Shown: positions 61,452 through 64,000 of the stretch, piece by piece
How positions within the stretch are numbered: the stretch's first letter is position 1
How the letters are laid out: the number at the start of each line of letters is the position of its first letter
Source: an uncultured Pelagibacteraceae bacterium
Lineage (GTDB): Bacteria; Pseudomonadota; Alphaproteobacteria; Pelagibacterales; Pelagibacteraceae
DNA length: 64,000 nucleotides
Reading direction: 5' to 3'
Assembly (NCBI GenBank): GCA_902623785.1
Contig: CACNVG010000001.1
Location: 74,714 to 138,713, forward strand
Translations under genes and position numbers: made by a program
The notes under the pieces: generated by a model
Told to the model about the DNA's origin: nothing
What the model saw: the letters and a program-made list of their open reading frames with translations, nothing else
Databases searched by the model: none

Positions 61452-62397
61452 ATCTAGTTATAAACTTAAAAGCTTCAATCAAACTCTTAGGATTTGATTT
61501 ATTTTTTCCATACATTTTAAAATTTGGGCCATGGTCTGGAGTAATTCTTATAAATGGTAGACCCAGTGTAATGTTTATTGCATCAAAACCATAGAGTGTT
61601 TTCATTGGTGATAAAACTTGATCATGATACATTCCAAAAACTACATCATATTTTTTTTTGTTTGTTTTCATAAATATAGTGTCTGCGGAAAAGGGTCCAA
61701 AAATTCTTACCTGTTTTTTGGACAAATATTTAATAGCAGGTATTATCTCTTTTTTTTCTTTATTTATTCCCTTAAAGGATTCACAATGAGGATTCAGTCC
61801 TGTTATCGCAATTCTAGGTCTTATTTTTAAATAAGTTTTATAAAATTTATTTATTTCTAAAATTTTCTTAATTATAAATTTTTTTTTTACTTTATTGGTT
61901 ACATCCTTAATGGGTATGTGAGTGGAAAGAGGGCTAACACTTAACTTTTGGTTAAAAATTAACATAACTTCATTTTTAGATTTTGTTTTTTTTGCAATAA
62001 ACTCTGTAATGCCTGGATATTTTCCTTTTAGAAAATTGGACTTTGAAATTGGCCCATTGATGAAAGCTCTAAATTTAAATTTTTTAATAAGATATAAACC
62101 TTTGTCAAAACATCTATTCAAATAATCACGGTTACCTTTATTTTTATTTTGGTTATAAGGAATATCTAAAAATAAAATTTTATTTTTCTTGAGATTATAA
62201 AATTTTTCAGAAAAAGTTTTTATTGTTAAAGACTTATTAAGTTTTTTAATTTCATTATCAAAGATTTTCCTTGAACCAACTATTATAATTTTGTAACTAT
62301 TTTTTTTTAAAAATTTTTTATTAAATACTTTTAATAATATCTCAACAAAAGTGCTTTTTGGCTCACCCAGTACAATGACAATGGTTTTATTTTTCAT
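61441..62397 (-). CDS. pdxA: 4-hydroxythreonine-4-phosphate dehydrogenase family protein
   Basis: THIP, GLNPH, ADT, MYHDQ, TPDHG. Confidence 0.9.
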   Translation of the reverse strand: MKNKTIVIVLGEPKSTFVEILLKVFNKKFLKKNSYKIIIVGSRKIFDNEIKKLNKSLTIKTFSEKFYNLKKNKILFLDIPYNQNKNKGNRDYLNRCFDKGLYLIKKFKFRAFINGPISKSNFLKGKYPGITEFIAKKTKSKNEVMLIFNQKLSVSPLSTHIPIKDVTNKVKKKFIIKKILEINKFYKTYLKIRPRIAITGLNPHCESFKGINKEKKEIIPAIKYLSKKQVRIFGPFSADTIFMKTNKKKYDVVFGMYHDQVLSPMKTLYGFDAINITLGLPFIRITPDHGPNFKMYGKNKSNPKSLIEAFKFITRYVK

Positions 62398-63319
62398 TTA
62401 TTACTGCGTTATTAAACACTCTTTTATAATACAATGTTGAAAATCTGGTGAGCTGTTTATTTCTCTCGAATTCTATCATTCTATTAAGTTGTTCTTTTTT
62501 ATCAACTTTAACTTCTTCTAATTTTTTATCGATTAATTTTAAAATTATAAACCCCCCTGGCGCAACAATAGGCTTTGTATATTCGCCTATTTTTATTTTA
62601 CTTAAGTTAGTATAAATTTCATTTGATAATTGACTTGAGTAAATCCAACCAATTTTTCCACCATCCTTTCTACTATCTGATAGACTATAAATCCTTGCAG
62701 TCTCTTCAAACCCAATTTTTTCAATACTTTCAATTAGTTCATTAAATTTATTTTCAATATTTTTTTTTTCATTTACAGTAAAAATAATTTCTGAGAGAAG
62801 TAATTTTTCTGCTTGTGTTACATTAATTTTGTTTTCAATATCGTCCTTAATTTTTTTAACATCCACAATTATTTCATTTTGAAATCTATCTATAATCAAA
62901 TCATTCCATGCAATCTCTATCGAGAGCTTTTTTTTTACTTGGTCAAAACTTACAAAGTTTTCTTTAAGGTAACTTTTGAATTCATCTAAAGTTTCAATAC
63001 CTAAGCCTATGTAGATGTCTGAAATTATCTTAATTAATAATTCTTCATTAGGTTTAATTTTGTAAAATTTTTCAATCTCATATTTTTTTATTTTTTCATT
63101 TATAATTGAATTTTTAGCGTAATCATATATTTCACTTTTAGATAATTTTTTTAGAGATGGATTCAAAGCCATCAAATATTTTGTTTCTGAATCAACATCT
63201 ATATTTGTAATGATTTCCTCATTAACAGTTGAAACTATAAAGATGTTGCTTAAAACCGACGTTGAAAAAAACATCATTATCATCAATGAATAAAAAAAAT
63301 ATCTTATTTTTTTTACCAT
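62387..63319 (-). CDS. surA: SurA-like peptidylprolyl isomerase/chaperone
   Basis: Signal peptide, VNEEIIT, GGKIGW; lptD-surA-pdxA-rsmA order. Confidence 0.82.
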   Translation of the reverse strand: MVKKIRYFFYSLMIMMFFSTSVLSNIFIVSTVNEEIITNIDVDSETKYLMALNPSLKKLSKSEIYDYAKNSIINEKIKKYEIEKFYKIKPNEELLIKIISDIYIGLGIETLDEFKSYLKENFVSFDQVKKKLSIEIAWNDLIIDRFQNEIIVDVKKIKDDIENKINVTQAEKLLLSEIIFTVNEKKNIENKFNELIESIEKIGFEETARIYSLSDSRKDGGKIGWIYSSQLSNEIYTNLSKIKIGEYTKPIVAPGGFIILKLIDKKLEEVKVDKKEQLNRMIEFERNKQLTRFSTLYYKRVFNNAVINEK

Positions 63320-64000
63320 TATTTTGCACTCGGTGTGTTTATTGATGTGAATGGAATTATAGAAATAGAAAAGAATAATTCTTCAGTTGGTTTAATATCA
63401 TTATCTGAATAATAATCTTTATTATATTGAATTGCTGCTTTTAAACAGTCATTTTTGTATTCATAAATAAGGTTATAAAATTCAGTAAAATCTGTTTTCT
63501 TATTTCTTCTTGTTCTATACTTTAAAGAGTTGGAGCTATTAAACTCATATTTTGTTTCATTTGCTAAGTAACTTTCACTTCCAATTTCATCATCTTCTTG
63601 AAGAAATTCAAATGAAGTAACAAATTTGTTTACTGAAATATCAGTTTTAAACAAATTATAATTTGTAGACTCAAAATCATTATCGATAGAGAAATTATAA
63701 TCAAATTTTAAATTTCCATTAGGTGTAAAAGTTAGAGATCCTACAAGATCAGAACCTTTATTATTTATCGTAGATTTTGATGGAAGGTTATTTTCCTCTT
63801 TATCTCTTAAAACACTTGCTAATCCAGCAATAATAACATCATTGCCATTTTTTTTGTTTCTCAACCTGTATTCTCCTCCCAAAGTTAAAGACTCTCCTCC
63901 TTCAACAGAATCGTCGAATGCCAATCTATTTTGAGAAAATATATTACCAATATTTATTTTTCTATCCAAGTTCACTGAATCTTTATTGGAGTTAGGACTA
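63319..64000 (-). CDS. lptD: LPS-assembly protein LptD, C-terminal part (runs off the window)
   Basis: Beta-barrel pattern, YEYKNDC motif, synteny with surA-pdxA-rsmA. Confidence 0.85.
   Translation of the reverse strand, partial: SPNSNKDSVNLDRKINIGNIFSQNRLAFDDSVEGGESLTLGGEYRLRNKKNGNDVIIAGLASVLRDKEENNLPSKSTINNKGSDLVGSLTFTPNGNLKFDYNFSIDNDFESTNYNLFKTDISVNKFVTSFEFLQEDDEIGSESYLANETKYEFNSSNSLKYRTRRNKKTDFTEFYNLIYEYKNDCLKAAIQYNKDYYSDNDIKPTEELFFSISIIPFTSINTPSAK

Overview
AT-rich (roughly 30% GC by eye), very densely packed alphaproteobacterial chromosome segment with tiny or overlapping intergenic spacers, typical of SAR11/Pelagibacterales. Housekeeping blocks: degP-miaA-ilvIHC; leuA-mreBCD-mrdA-rodA; rpsF-rpsR-rplI-dnaB-MMPL-cvpA-purF-HD-gshA-gshB; fabD-fabG-acpP-gmk; lptD-surA-pdxA-rsmA. 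These flank a central ~35 kb region on glycine/C1/glutathione metabolism and oxidative stress: tandem glycine riboswitch-gcvTHP, pxpABC, a TRAP transporter, NAD-dependent Fdh, an amidinotransferase, a PhnZ-like HD protein, msrB/grxC/selO/tspO, and a ufaD/ufaO/ufaM-like furan-fatty-acid cluster. I saw no tRNA, rRNA, CRISPR array, integrase or transposase. Best leads: (1) a 207-aa 'hypothetical' that looks like a minimal malonyl-CoA decarboxylase catalytic domain retaining the Ser/His dyad; (2) a perfect 12-bp pairing between the glycine riboswitch linker and the gcvT RBS/AUG that suggests a translational ON mechanism; (3) a furan-fatty-acid-like cluster directly behind gcvP; (4) a DMT-amidinotransferase pair and an orphan PhnZ-like oxygenase as possible glycine-supply routes; (5) an uncalled 59-aa membrane ORF between fdh and selO; (6) a two-state hairpin RNA upstream of proC. 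All family assignments come from motif recognition by eye; no searches were run.
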